This document shows, piece by piece, positions 26,916 through 35,675 of a stretch of 64,000 bases of DNA. Source of the DNA: Hyalangium minutum (GTDB taxonomy: Bacteria > Myxococcota > Myxococcia > Myxococcales > Myxococcaceae); NCBI RefSeq assembly GCF_000737315.1, contig NZ_JMCB01000005.1, positions 248,001 through 312,000 of the forward strand, in the 5' to 3' direction. Within the stretch, counting starts at the first letter, position 1; each line of letters begins with the position of its first letter. Both the position numbers and the translations under genes were made by a program. Below the pieces are notes generated by a model that did no database searches, was not told where the DNA came from, and saw only the letters and a list, made by a program, of their open reading frames with translations.

Positions 26916-29657
26916 ATGAGCTTCTCCCTGCCTCAGGCGCTGGTGTTGCTCGTGCCCCTCGGGCTCTTCCTCTGGAAGCGCGGGGCACGCCCGGGTCCGC
27001 CCATGCCCTTGCGGTGGGGCCTGCTGGTGCTCGCCGTGGCCGCGCTCGCCGGGCCCGAACTGCTGCTGCGCGACGCGGGGAGTGATGTGGTGGTGGTGGT
27101 CGATCGCTCGCGCTCCATGCCACTGGACGCGGACCGTGTCGCCCTGGAGCTGGTGAAGCTGCTGGAGGCCCAACGCCGTCCAGGGGACCGGCTGGGCGTC
27201 ATCACCTTTGGACGCGAGGCGCGGGTGGAGCAGCCGCCGAGCGCCGCGGGCTCCTTTGGAGGCTTCTCGCGGCCGGTGGATGTGGATGCCTCGGATCTCT
27301 CGGCGGCGCTGGATGCGGCGGCCGCGCTGATTCCCGCGGAGCGCACGGGCCGGGTGCTCGTGGTGTCGGACGGGCGGAGCACGGGAGCGGATGCCCGGGG
27401 AGCGGCCCGGAGGCTGGCGGCCCGAGGCATCGCCGTGGACTTCCGCCAGGTGGCCCGCGAGGAGGTGCCGCTGGACCTGGCCGTCGTCTCGGTGGATGTG
27501 CCGTCGGCGGTGGCGGTGCGCGAGCCCTTCCAGTTCTCCGCCGTGGTGTTCGCCTCGGGCGCCGTCACCGGCACGGTGAAGCTGGAGCGCAGCGGCCAGC
27601 TCCTGGTGAAGGGGCCCTATGACTTCCGGCCGGGCAACAACGTGCTGCCCTTCCGGGATCTCATCGAGAAGGAGGGCCTGGCCAGCTACCGGCTCACGGT
27701 GGAGGCACCCGGAGATGGCGTGGTGGAGAACGACGAGGGCCGCGCGGTGCTGCGCGTCGAGGGCCCGCCCCGGGTGCTGGTGCTGACCCGGCAGCCGAAG
27801 GGGGCCCTGGCCCAGGCCTTGGAGGCCGCGGGGATGCGGCTGGAGGTGCGCGAGCCCTTCCCCGTCTCGTTGGATGCGCTGGATGGCGTGGCGTCGGTGG
27901 TGCTGGAGAACGTGGACGCCAACGCCCTGGGCGAGCCTGGATTGAACGCGCTGGCCTCGTACGTGGAGCAGGCGGGCGGTGGGCTGGTGATGACGGGCGG
28001 GCGGGACAGCTTCGGGCAGGGAGGCTACCGGCGCTCACCGCTGGAGCCAGTGCTGCCAGTGTCCCTGGAGCTGCGCGAGGAGCAGCGTCGCACGGCCATC
28101 GCCATGAGCGTGCTGATGGATTGCAGCTGCTCCATGGGCGTCAACGTGCCGGATGGGCGCACGAAGATGGAGGTGGCTGCCGAGGGTGTGGTGGGCGCGC
28201 TCACGCTCCTCAACGACAATGACGAGGCCTCCGTCCACATGGTGGACACGGAGAGCCACGAGATCTTCCCGCTGAGCCCGGTGAGCGAGGGGCTCCCGCT
28301 GGGCAAGGTGGCGCGAGGCTTCAGCGGCGGCGGCGGCATCTACGTGGGCGAGGCGCTGCGCACCGGGAAGAAGGAGATCCTCCAGAGCGAGAAAGTGACC
28401 CGGCACGTGCTGCTCTTCTCGGACGCGGCGGACTCCGAGGCGCCGGACGACTACAAGGCGACCATCTCCGCACTGCGCAGGGCGAACGTGACGGTGTCCG
28501 TCATCGGGCTCGGCACGCCGAAGGACTCGGACGCAAAGCTGCTGCAGGAGGTGGCCGCGCTGGGCGGCGGGCGCATGTACTTCGCCCAGGACGCCATGAG
28601 CCTGCCGCGCATCTTCAGCCAGGAGACCATCACCGTGGCGCGCTCGGCCTTCGTGGACGTGCCTACCTCCCTGGAGGCCGCGCCGGATCTGCCGCTGCTC
28701 GGGAAGCTCTCGCCGCAGGGGCTTCCGCAGGCGGGCGGCTACAACCTCACGTACCTCAAGCCGGGTGCGAACGTGGCGCTGCGGACGCTGGACGAGAACG
28801 CCGCGCCCCTGCTGGCCATGTGGCCGCGCGGCTCCGGCCGCTCGGTGGCCTTCATGGGCGAGGTGGATGGGGAGTTCAGCGGTGAGCTTCGCCAGTGGAG
28901 CGGCCTGCGCGCGGCGGTGGAGAGCATGGTGCGCTGGTCCATGGCCGGCGGTGGCAAGCCCGAGGGCGAGGCGGTGGCGCGAGCGGAGCGGCAGGGCAAC
29001 CTGCTGCGCGTGACGTTGGACCTCGCGCCCGGGGAGCCGATGCCCACGGCGCTGCCCTCACTGGTGGTGCTCCCGGGCGATGGCAGCTCCGCGCCGGTGG
29101 AAGTGCCGATGCGCTGGGAGGATGAGGACCGGCTCTCGGCCGAGTACCCGCTGCCGGGACGCGGCACGTGGCACCCGGTGGTGAAGCTGGGCGCAAGGGC
29201 CCTGCGCGCACCGCCCGTGGCGCTGCCGTACGCGCCGGAGTTCGAGCCGGGCAGCCCGAAGGAGGGGCTCGCGGTGCTGCGCGCGGTGGCGGCGGTAGGC
29301 GGAGGCGTGGAGCGGCTCTCCATGGCAGAGCTGTTCAAGGATGCGCCGGTGTCCGAGGGGCGCGTGGCGCTCGCGCCTTGGCTGGTGGGGTTCGCGGTGC
29401 TGGTGCTGCTGGCGGAGGTGGTGGTGCGCCGGTTCTTCTCCACGCCTCGGTTGCGCAAGCTGGCTCCCGCGAAGGTGCCAGGGCTGGCCGAGGCTCCCGC
29501 TGGCGCGGCGCGCAGCCCCGAGCAACCCCGAGAGGCTCCGTCCACGCAGCCTGGGGCGGACGAAGGCGCGAAGGCCGCTCCGGAGAAGCCGGACGGCAAT
29601 GTGGACTCGGCGCTGGAGGCTGCCCGCGCCCGCTCCCGCAAGCGCCTGGGCCGCTGA
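26916..29657 (+). CDS. Membrane protein with two vWA domains and a GATase1-like (DUF1355-type) domain
   Basis: MSFSLPQALVLLVPLG N-terminal TMs; MIDAS VVVVDRSRSM and SVLMDCSCSM; LASYVEQAGGGLVMTGGRDSFGQGGY; C-terminal TM. Confidence 0.9.
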   Translation: MSFSLPQALVLLVPLGLFLWKRGARPGPPMPLRWGLLVLAVAALAGPELLLRDAGSDVVVVVDRSRSMPLDADRVALELVKLLEAQRRPGDRLGVITFGREARVEQPPSAAGSFGGFSRPVDVDASDLSAALDAAAALIPAERTGRVLVVSDGRSTGADARGAARRLAARGIAVDFRQVAREEVPLDLAVVSVDVPSAVAVREPFQFSAVVFASGAVTGTVKLERSGQLLVKGPYDFRPGNNVLPFRDLIEKEGLASYRLTVEAPGDGVVENDEGRAVLRVEGPPRVLVLTRQPKGALAQALEAAGMRLEVREPFPVSLDALDGVASVVLENVDANALGEPGLNALASYVEQAGGGLVMTGGRDSFGQGGYRRSPLEPVLPVSLELREEQRRTAIAMSVLMDCSCSMGVNVPDGRTKMEVAAEGVVGALTLLNDNDEASVHMVDTESHEIFPLSPVSEGLPLGKVARGFSGGGGIYVGEALRTGKKEILQSEKVTRHVLLFSDAADSEAPDDYKATISALRRANVTVSVIGLGTPKDSDAKLLQEVAALGGGRMYFAQDAMSLPRIFSQETITVARSAFVDVPTSLEAAPDLPLLGKLSPQGLPQAGGYNLTYLKPGANVALRTLDENAAPLLAMWPRGSGRSVAFMGEVDGEFSGELRQWSGLRAAVESMVRWSMAGGGKPEGEAVARAERQGNLLRVTLDLAPGEPMPTALPSLVVLPGDGSSAPVEVPMRWEDEDRLSAEYPLPGRGTWHPVVKLGARALRAPPVALPYAPEFEPGSPKEGLAVLRAVAAVGGGVERLSMAELFKDAPVSEGRVALAPWLVGFAVLVLLAEVVVRRFFSTPRLRKLAPAKVPGLAEAPAGAARSPEQPREAPSTQPGADEGAKAAPEKPDGNVDSALEAARARSRKRLGR

Positions 29658-29805
29658 GAGAACAGGCGGGCAGCCAGGGGCTCCAGCGCCCGTCCAGGTG
29701 ACCATCGAACCTGCGGTCCCTCTTGTCTGTCCTTGGCCCGACACGTTGTCGGAGCGCCGCACGCTCCACACCGTTTCCGCACTGACACATCAGCCCGGAG
29801 ACACC

Positions 29806-30186
29806 ATGAAGAATCTTCTAGGAGCCATCGCGGCCGCGATGTTGCTCGGCGCAGGTTGTGCTCATGAGCGGGTGAGCACCACCCAGACCGAGGCGTCATC
29901 GGCCCCGCGAGCCTCGATGGGCACTGCGGGCGTGTCCAGCGACCTCACCTGTGAGGCCATCAATGGCAATGCTGCGGGAGTCTCCAGCTCCGCGCCGGTG
30001 GTGAACGATTCCAGCGAAGCCTGGGGCGGCTCGTCCTCCCGAGAGGGTATTGCCGAGGGCAAAGCCAGCGGTGGTTCGGGCTCGGAGATGGACACCTCCG
30101 ACAAGGCCCCCGTGGATGATTCGGCCTCTGAGACCCAGTCCTTCGAGGACACGGACATGGGCGGCACTGGGGGCGGTGGAGGGTGA
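29806..30186 (+). CDS. Small Ser/Gly/acidic, probably disordered lipoprotein
   Basis: MKNLLGAIAAAMLLGAGC lipobox; RBS GGAG. Confidence 0.7.
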   Translation: MKNLLGAIAAAMLLGAGCAHERVSTTQTEASSAPRASMGTAGVSSDLTCEAINGNAAGVSSSAPVVNDSSEAWGGSSSREGIAEGKASGGSGSEMDTSDKAPVDDSASETQSFEDTDMGGTGGGGG

Positions 30187-30194
30187 GGTGAGCC

Positions 30195-31259
30195 ATGGCC
30201 TCCGCAGCAGTGGTTTCTCTCCTCATCGCTGCGGTGCTCGCCACTCCGGCCTCAGAAGCCATCGGAGAGCGCCCCGTCGTGGGGTGGCTCTCCGGGCTCG
30301 CTCCCGGTGTCGAGGAGGTCGCGAGAGACTTTGAGGGTGAGCTCTCGCTCTACGTCCTCAACGTCGAGGACGGCGAGTCCTATGCCTACGATGCCGACAC
30401 GCCGACGTACCTCTCGTCCGCTATCAAGATCATGGTGATGCTGGAAGTACTGCATCAAGTGGAACTCCAGCAACTCTCCTGGGATGAGCTGCTCGAGCTC
30501 AGGCCCGATGACCTCCGGGATGGCATGCACCGGCTCGGCAGCGCCCGGCCCGGTGAGCGGCTGTCGATCGCGACGCTCCTCGAATACATGATGGGGGACA
30601 GCGACAACGCCGCCGCGGATCTCCTCATTCGCCGAGTCGGTCTCGACCGGGTGAAGGCGCAGCTCGCCGCCCGAGGAATCCAGACGGGCCCGCTCACCTC
30701 GCTCCTGGAGGAGCGCCAGCGCATCTACGGCAAGCTGGACCCCAGAGCCCGGGAGTTCACTCCGGCCCAGATTCAAGCGCTGGGTCAGCATGCCTCGCTG
30801 GCCTCTCGCGCCCGGTTTCTCTCCGGTCTCTTGGAGCACTCGCCCGCATGGACGGGCCGGGAGCTCGATCAGGCCTTCAGCTCCTTCTACGAGGAGAAGG
30901 TGAACTCTGCCTCCATGCGGGACATGGGGCGGCTGCTCGCGCAAGTGGCCCGCTGTGAGGGACTGAGCGCGGACAGCTGTTCCCGGGCTCATCAACTCAT
31001 GCGGGGATGCCGCACGGGCCGGGGACGAATCGCGGCGGGACTGCCCAAGACCGCTGCATGGGCGCACAAGACCGGGACTCAGCACCGACGCGCCTGCGAT
31101 TTGGGCTTCCTGGAGCTCCGGCCCGGTCAGACGATTGTCATCGCCGCGTGCACCCGGGGTTTCTGGCATGTCGCGGATGCTGAGCGCCTGTTCGCACGCT
31201 TGGGAAAGCTCATCTCGACCGCTGCGAGCACGCCCGCGCCCAGACACCCCGAGCTGTAG
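30195..31259 (+). CDS. Class A beta-lactamase-like serine hydrolase
   Basis: Signal peptide; SAIK (SxxK), SDN, HKTGT motifs. Confidence 0.85.
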   Translation: MASAAVVSLLIAAVLATPASEAIGERPVVGWLSGLAPGVEEVARDFEGELSLYVLNVEDGESYAYDADTPTYLSSAIKIMVMLEVLHQVELQQLSWDELLELRPDDLRDGMHRLGSARPGERLSIATLLEYMMGDSDNAAADLLIRRVGLDRVKAQLAARGIQTGPLTSLLEERQRIYGKLDPRAREFTPAQIQALGQHASLASRARFLSGLLEHSPAWTGRELDQAFSSFYEEKVNSASMRDMGRLLAQVARCEGLSADSCSRAHQLMRGCRTGRGRIAAGLPKTAAWAHKTGTQHRRACDLGFLELRPGQTIVIAACTRGFWHVADAERLFARLGKLISTAASTPAPRHPEL

Positions 31260-31329
31260 GATGTAGTCAGTAGGCGCAGCTTCAGGCGTTCTCATGGAAT
31301 AGGCTGCTGGCTTCGCCGTCCTTGAGGAC

Positions 31330-32100
31330 ATGATGAACCGCATCCTTGGCTTTGCATCTCTGGGGCTCTCCGTTGTCGCACTCGCAGTCGCCTTCTCGGG
31401 GCAGCGGGAGGCTTCAGAACCCCCCTCCAGGGAGGAGCGGCCGTCCTCCAGCGCTCCCCAGGACGTGCAAGCGCTCGAGAAGCGGTTGAAGGCCCTGGAG
31501 GTCACGGCGGTGGGCCTGTCCGAGCGGGTGATGGCGCTCGAGCGGCGGCCCGCGGGCGCGGACGGGAGCGGCGGTGCAGTGGGCGGTGCGGCGCCGGTTG
31601 GGCTCGCCCAGGAGGTGGAGCAGCTCCGGACGGAGGTGCGAGGCATGATCGCGGGTGAGGCCCTGAACTCCGAGGGCGGCCGCGACTACCTCAAGGCGAT
31701 GGTGCGCTCCGTCCAGGACGAGATGCGGACCGAGCAGCGGCAGGAGCGGGACCAACGGTGGGTTCAGGCACAGTCCCAGGCCCAGACACAGCGCTCCGAG
31801 CGCTTGCGCAAGTTCGTCTCCGAGGCAGGTCTGAACTACTCCCAGGAGCAGGAGTTCACTCGCCGGATGCAGGAAGAGGACACGCGCCGTCAGGCCCTCT
31901 TCGACGAGCTGAGCGCGGGCGGTAAGGCGCCTCGCGACATCCGGCAGGAACTGCGCGCGATTCGCAAGCAGACGGACGATGCGATGCAGAAGGTGCTCTC
32001 CGAGCCGCAGCGGGCCCAGTACGAAGAGCTGCGGCGCGAGGATCGCGGCGGCAACCAGCGTCCGGGCCGCGGACGGCAGGGCGAGCAGCCGGCGCCCTGA
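31330..32100 (+). CDS. Membrane-anchored coiled-coil protein with Spy/CpxP (LTxxQ)-like C-terminus
   Basis: N-terminal hydrophobic anchor; GLNYSQEQ and VLSEPQRAQY resemble the two LTxxQ motifs. Confidence 0.6.
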   Translation: MMNRILGFASLGLSVVALAVAFSGQREASEPPSREERPSSSAPQDVQALEKRLKALEVTAVGLSERVMALERRPAGADGSGGAVGGAAPVGLAQEVEQLRTEVRGMIAGEALNSEGGRDYLKAMVRSVQDEMRTEQRQERDQRWVQAQSQAQTQRSERLRKFVSEAGLNYSQEQEFTRRMQEEDTRRQALFDELSAGGKAPRDIRQELRAIRKQTDDAMQKVLSEPQRAQYEELRREDRGGNQRPGRGRQGEQPAP

Positions 32101-32123
32101 GGTGCTCTCTCCGCGAGCCGGGA

Positions 32124-34205
32124 TTAGGAGAGGGGAGGGTGCTCCCCCTCCGCCTTGATTTCCGCCGAGGGAGGGTGCCGCACCGGGAGCTGGAGCACGA
32201 ACGTTGCCCCCTCACCCGGGTGGCTCTCGACATGAATCGTCCCGCCGTGGGACTCGACGATCTGCCGGGCCAGGAACAGCCCCAGGCCCAGCCCTCCATA
32301 CCGATTGGACGACACCGCGCGCTCAAAGCGCTCGAAGATGCGCTCCAGCGCCTCGGGCTCGATGCCGATGCCGTGATCCGTCACCGCGATGCGCACCCAA
32401 GGGCCCACACCCGAGACGTGGACCTCGATGGGCTGCCCCGCCCCGAACTTGAGCGAGTTTGCCAGCAGGTTGGCGAGCGCCTGCTCGACGCGGCCTCGGT
32501 CCCACCACGCAACGAGGCCTGTCTGGGCCTCCACCTTCAGCGTGACGCCCGCCCTCCGGGCCTCCTCGCTGAAGCCTTCCACCACCTGTTCGACCAGCTC
32601 GTGCACTTCCACGCGCTCCGGATGGAGCTCCATCCGGCCCGTGGTGATTCGGCCCACATCCAGCAGGCGCTCGACGAGCTGGCCCAGGCGCCCGAGCTGG
32701 CGTGACGCCGCGCGGAGCTTCTCGTGGGCCTCGTCGGAGGCTCGCTCCCGCTGGAGCAGCCCCTCCAGGCTCCGCATGCGCAGCGTGAGCGCCGTCAACG
32801 GCGTGCGCAGCTCGTGGGCGGCAATGGCGATGAACTCGTTGCGCACCTCGATGGCCTGGCGCGCCTCCTCATAGAGACGCGCGTTCTCCAGGGCCATGCT
32901 GAAACGGTGGGCCAGGTCCTCGGCCAGCCGGAGGTCCGTGGTGCCAGCGCACCGGGTCAACTCGTCGCTCATGAGCACGAGCGCGCCCTTCGCGCTGCCG
33001 TGCACCCACAGCGGTGCCAACACCACCGTGCCCTCCTCGGTATGCCAGCGCCGCGAGGCCGTGGGCAGGGGCGGCAGTGCACCGCGCACGCGTGCCTCTC
33101 GCTCCGGGCTCCACCCCGCCTGGACAATGCGCTCCAGCAGCCCGTTCTCACCCTCCAGCCACACCGCGAACCCGGTGCACGTATGAGGCACGACGAGCCG
33201 GGCCACGCGTGGAATCGTCTCGCGGACGTCCAGCGAGGCAGCCAGCACCGCGCCCGCATCCACCAGGAGCTGCTGGAGACGCTCGGCCCGGCGCCTCTCG
33301 GAGACCACCGCGGCCAGCATCAGCGCCATCATGGAGAGGATCGTCAGGAAGATCTGAAGGGTGAGCACCTCCTGGAGTGCGGACGTGTGCAGGGTGCCGA
33401 AGGGGCCTCGGCCGAGCAGGGTGTGCCAGACCGCGAAGAACGCCACCACGGCCGAGGCGCTCGCGCCGCCCAGGGGGCCCAGCCGCAGCGCACCCCACAT
33501 GACGAAGGCGAAGCTGACATAGGCCAGCGAGGCCCAGACTCCCGAGGCCGAGGGCTGCGCGAAGATGAGGTTCGCGCTCAGCGCCGTCAAGGTGAGCATC
33601 GCCACCAGCTCCATCAGGCGCCGGAAACGGCCGGGTGAGAGAACCGTGGAGGACCAGGTTAGCAGCAGCGGCGCTACCAGCATCGTCCCCAGTCCATCGC
33701 TCAGCCACCAGATCACCCAATGGCTCAGGGAGAAGGATCCCTGCCATACGAGAATGCCGAGCCCTCCCAGCGTGGCGCTGGCGATGGGGCTCACCAGGCC
33801 TCCGAAGAGGAGCAACCCGGCCACCTCCCAGCTCCGGGAGAGCCGGATGGAGGTGCCTACGAAGCGCCGCATCAACCACGCGCCCCACAGCGAGCGCAGG
33901 CAGTTGCCCAGGCTCCAGAGGAGGGCGGTGCCCAGAGGAATGCCGGTCTTATGGAGCAGCACCGAGGCGAACTCCGCCACGAAGATGGCGGTGAGCAAGA
34001 CAGGCCACTCCCGAGGAGATGCCCGCATGAGGAAGACGAGCGAGAGTCCGCTCGGCAGCCAGAGCAGGGCATTCGGAGTCGGAGGAAAGACGAACCGCAC
34101 GGCCAGCAGGCCCAGTGCGAAGAAGCTCACTCCGAGCACCAGCGCACGGAGCCAGAGTGTCTTCTGCTGCGAGCCCTTCAGGCCAAGGTTCAAGGAGAGT
34201 GCCAT
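32124..34205 (-). CDS. MASE1-GAF sensor histidine kinase (orphan)
   Basis: MASE1 TMs (WLPSG, WWLSDGLG), GAF (LRLAEDLAHRFSMALENARLY), H-box AAHELRTPLT, N box NLLANSLKF, DHGIGI, GLGLGLF. Confidence 0.93.
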   Translation of the reverse strand: MALSLNLGLKGSQQKTLWLRALVLGVSFFALGLLAVRFVFPPTPNALLWLPSGLSLVFLMRASPREWPVLLTAIFVAEFASVLLHKTGIPLGTALLWSLGNCLRSLWGAWLMRRFVGTSIRLSRSWEVAGLLLFGGLVSPIASATLGGLGILVWQGSFSLSHWVIWWLSDGLGTMLVAPLLLTWSSTVLSPGRFRRLMELVAMLTLTALSANLIFAQPSASGVWASLAYVSFAFVMWGALRLGPLGGASASAVVAFFAVWHTLLGRGPFGTLHTSALQEVLTLQIFLTILSMMALMLAAVVSERRRAERLQQLLVDAGAVLAASLDVRETIPRVARLVVPHTCTGFAVWLEGENGLLERIVQAGWSPEREARVRGALPPLPTASRRWHTEEGTVVLAPLWVHGSAKGALVLMSDELTRCAGTTDLRLAEDLAHRFSMALENARLYEEARQAIEVRNEFIAIAAHELRTPLTALTLRMRSLEGLLQRERASDEAHEKLRAASRQLGRLGQLVERLLDVGRITTGRMELHPERVEVHELVEQVVEGFSEEARRAGVTLKVEAQTGLVAWWDRGRVEQALANLLANSLKFGAGQPIEVHVSGVGPWVRIAVTDHGIGIEPEALERIFERFERAVSSNRYGGLGLGLFLARQIVESHGGTIHVESHPGEGATFVLQLPVRHPPSAEIKAEGEHPPLS

Positions 34206-34335
34206 TCCTGTCCTTCCCTCGAAGGCTATGCCTTCAATCCGCAAGCTGCCCCCCTGGGGAACACGGATCAGAGAGGGACGATCGCCTCCCTGCCTGAAGG
34301 GGTGGCGGTCCGGAATGGCCTGCCGGGCAGGGGCC

Positions 34336-35571
34336 CTAGGGTTCGCTGGAGACCGCTGGCGGTTGGTAGGTGGCCTTCGGATCCACCTCGGCCGCGTAGG
34401 CACTGTTCCATGTGTCCGAGAAGAAGCGCTCCAGCTGCTGGGCGAAGGCCGTGCCCTCGATGATCAGGCCCACGTTGCGCGTCTGGGTGAAGTAGTCGCG
34501 CTCCCAGTTGCTCGTGCCCACCCAGGCGGCCTCGCCATCCACCACCATGTACTTGGCGTGCACCACGCGCGCGAAGGGGATGAAGCCGCCGGACCAGCGG
34601 GGGATGGTGACGAGCTTCACGGTGAGCCCGGGCGGAGCGTGGAGCGCCTGAAGCCCTTCGATGGTGCCCGAGCGCTTGCTCCAGTCCGCCACCATCAGCT
34701 CCACCTTTACCCCGCGGGCGCTGGCCCGCTTCAGCGCGTCCTCCAGCTCGTGGAACTCGCTCCCGTCGCGAGCGCGGGCCCGGTAGGTGAGGACCTGCAC
34801 GCGCACGGAGCGCTTCGCCCCATCGATGAGCTCCACCAGCCGAGGCAGATCCCACGTGGTGGGGTCCGGCAGGTAACCCTGAGGGCTGAAGACGGGCGTC
34901 ACGCGCACCGTCTCTCCGCCGAAGGAGACGGGGAGCGGCCCGGGCACTTTCTCCGTGGAGGCAGGGGGCGAGCCACCCGCCGCCAGAGTCCAGTCGAGCT
35001 CGAAGATGGTACCGAGGGCCCGCACCACCTCGGGCACGCGCACGCGGAGGCCGAGCTCCTGGATGTGCTCGAGCGAGCGCCAGTCGAAGTTCTGGCTGCC
35101 GAAGTACGCCTCGCGCCCATCCACGATGAAGTACTTGGCGTGCTGCACTCCGCCCATGGACTTGGCCGTGTCCATTCGGCGCACCTCGACGCGGCGGGCC
35201 GCCAGCCGTTCCAGGGTCTCCGGGTACTGCTTCACGAACTTCTCGTCCACGAGCAGCCGCACTCGCACGCCGCGAGCCGCTGCGGCCTCGATGGCCTCAA
35301 TGACGGGCTCCAACCGGCTGCCGGGCGCGTTGCTCACATAGAACTGCTCGATCTCCAAGGTGCGCGCGGCCGCGCCGATCATCTCCGGCCAGACGCGCCA
35401 CGCATCGGGGATGTCCGCATGGTCCAGCGCCGTCTCCACCGGGCTGCTCTCCACGAGCACCAGCCCGGGTTCAGCGGAGGCGGTGGTGGCTTCAGAGGTG
35501 AGCGGATGCGGCGAGGAGGTGGCGCACGCGAGCGAGAGGCACGCGCTGAGCAGCAGGAGGCGCAGGGACAT
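34336..35571 (-). CDS. Phospholipase D family lipoprotein
   Basis: Lipobox LSLAC; two HxKxxxxD motifs, HAKYFIVD and HAKYMVVD. Confidence 0.92.
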   Translation of the reverse strand: MSLRLLLLSACLSLACATSSPHPLTSEATTASAEPGLVLVESSPVETALDHADIPDAWRVWPEMIGAAARTLEIEQFYVSNAPGSRLEPVIEAIEAAAARGVRVRLLVDEKFVKQYPETLERLAARRVEVRRMDTAKSMGGVQHAKYFIVDGREAYFGSQNFDWRSLEHIQELGLRVRVPEVVRALGTIFELDWTLAAGGSPPASTEKVPGPLPVSFGGETVRVTPVFSPQGYLPDPTTWDLPRLVELIDGAKRSVRVQVLTYRARARDGSEFHELEDALKRASARGVKVELMVADWSKRSGTIEGLQALHAPPGLTVKLVTIPRWSGGFIPFARVVHAKYMVVDGEAAWVGTSNWERDYFTQTRNVGLIIEGTAFAQQLERFFSDTWNSAYAAEVDPKATYQPPAVSSEP

Positions 35572-35611
35572 GCGGCCATGTTCTCGCATTCCCCAGCGTC
35601 CTCGGCGCGTC

Positions 35612-35652
35612 AAAAAGAAGAGGGGCCCCCACGCGATGCGCGGGAGCCCCTC
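35612..35652 (-). terminator. Rho-independent terminator of the TonB-dependent receptor gene
   Basis: Minus strand GAGGGGCUCCCGCGC-AUC-GCGUGGGGGCCCCUC forms a 15-bp stem with two G-U pairs that only work on this strand, followed by UUCUUUUU. Confidence 0.88.
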
Positions 35653-35675
35653 GGATTCAGCAGCTCAGCCCTGGC

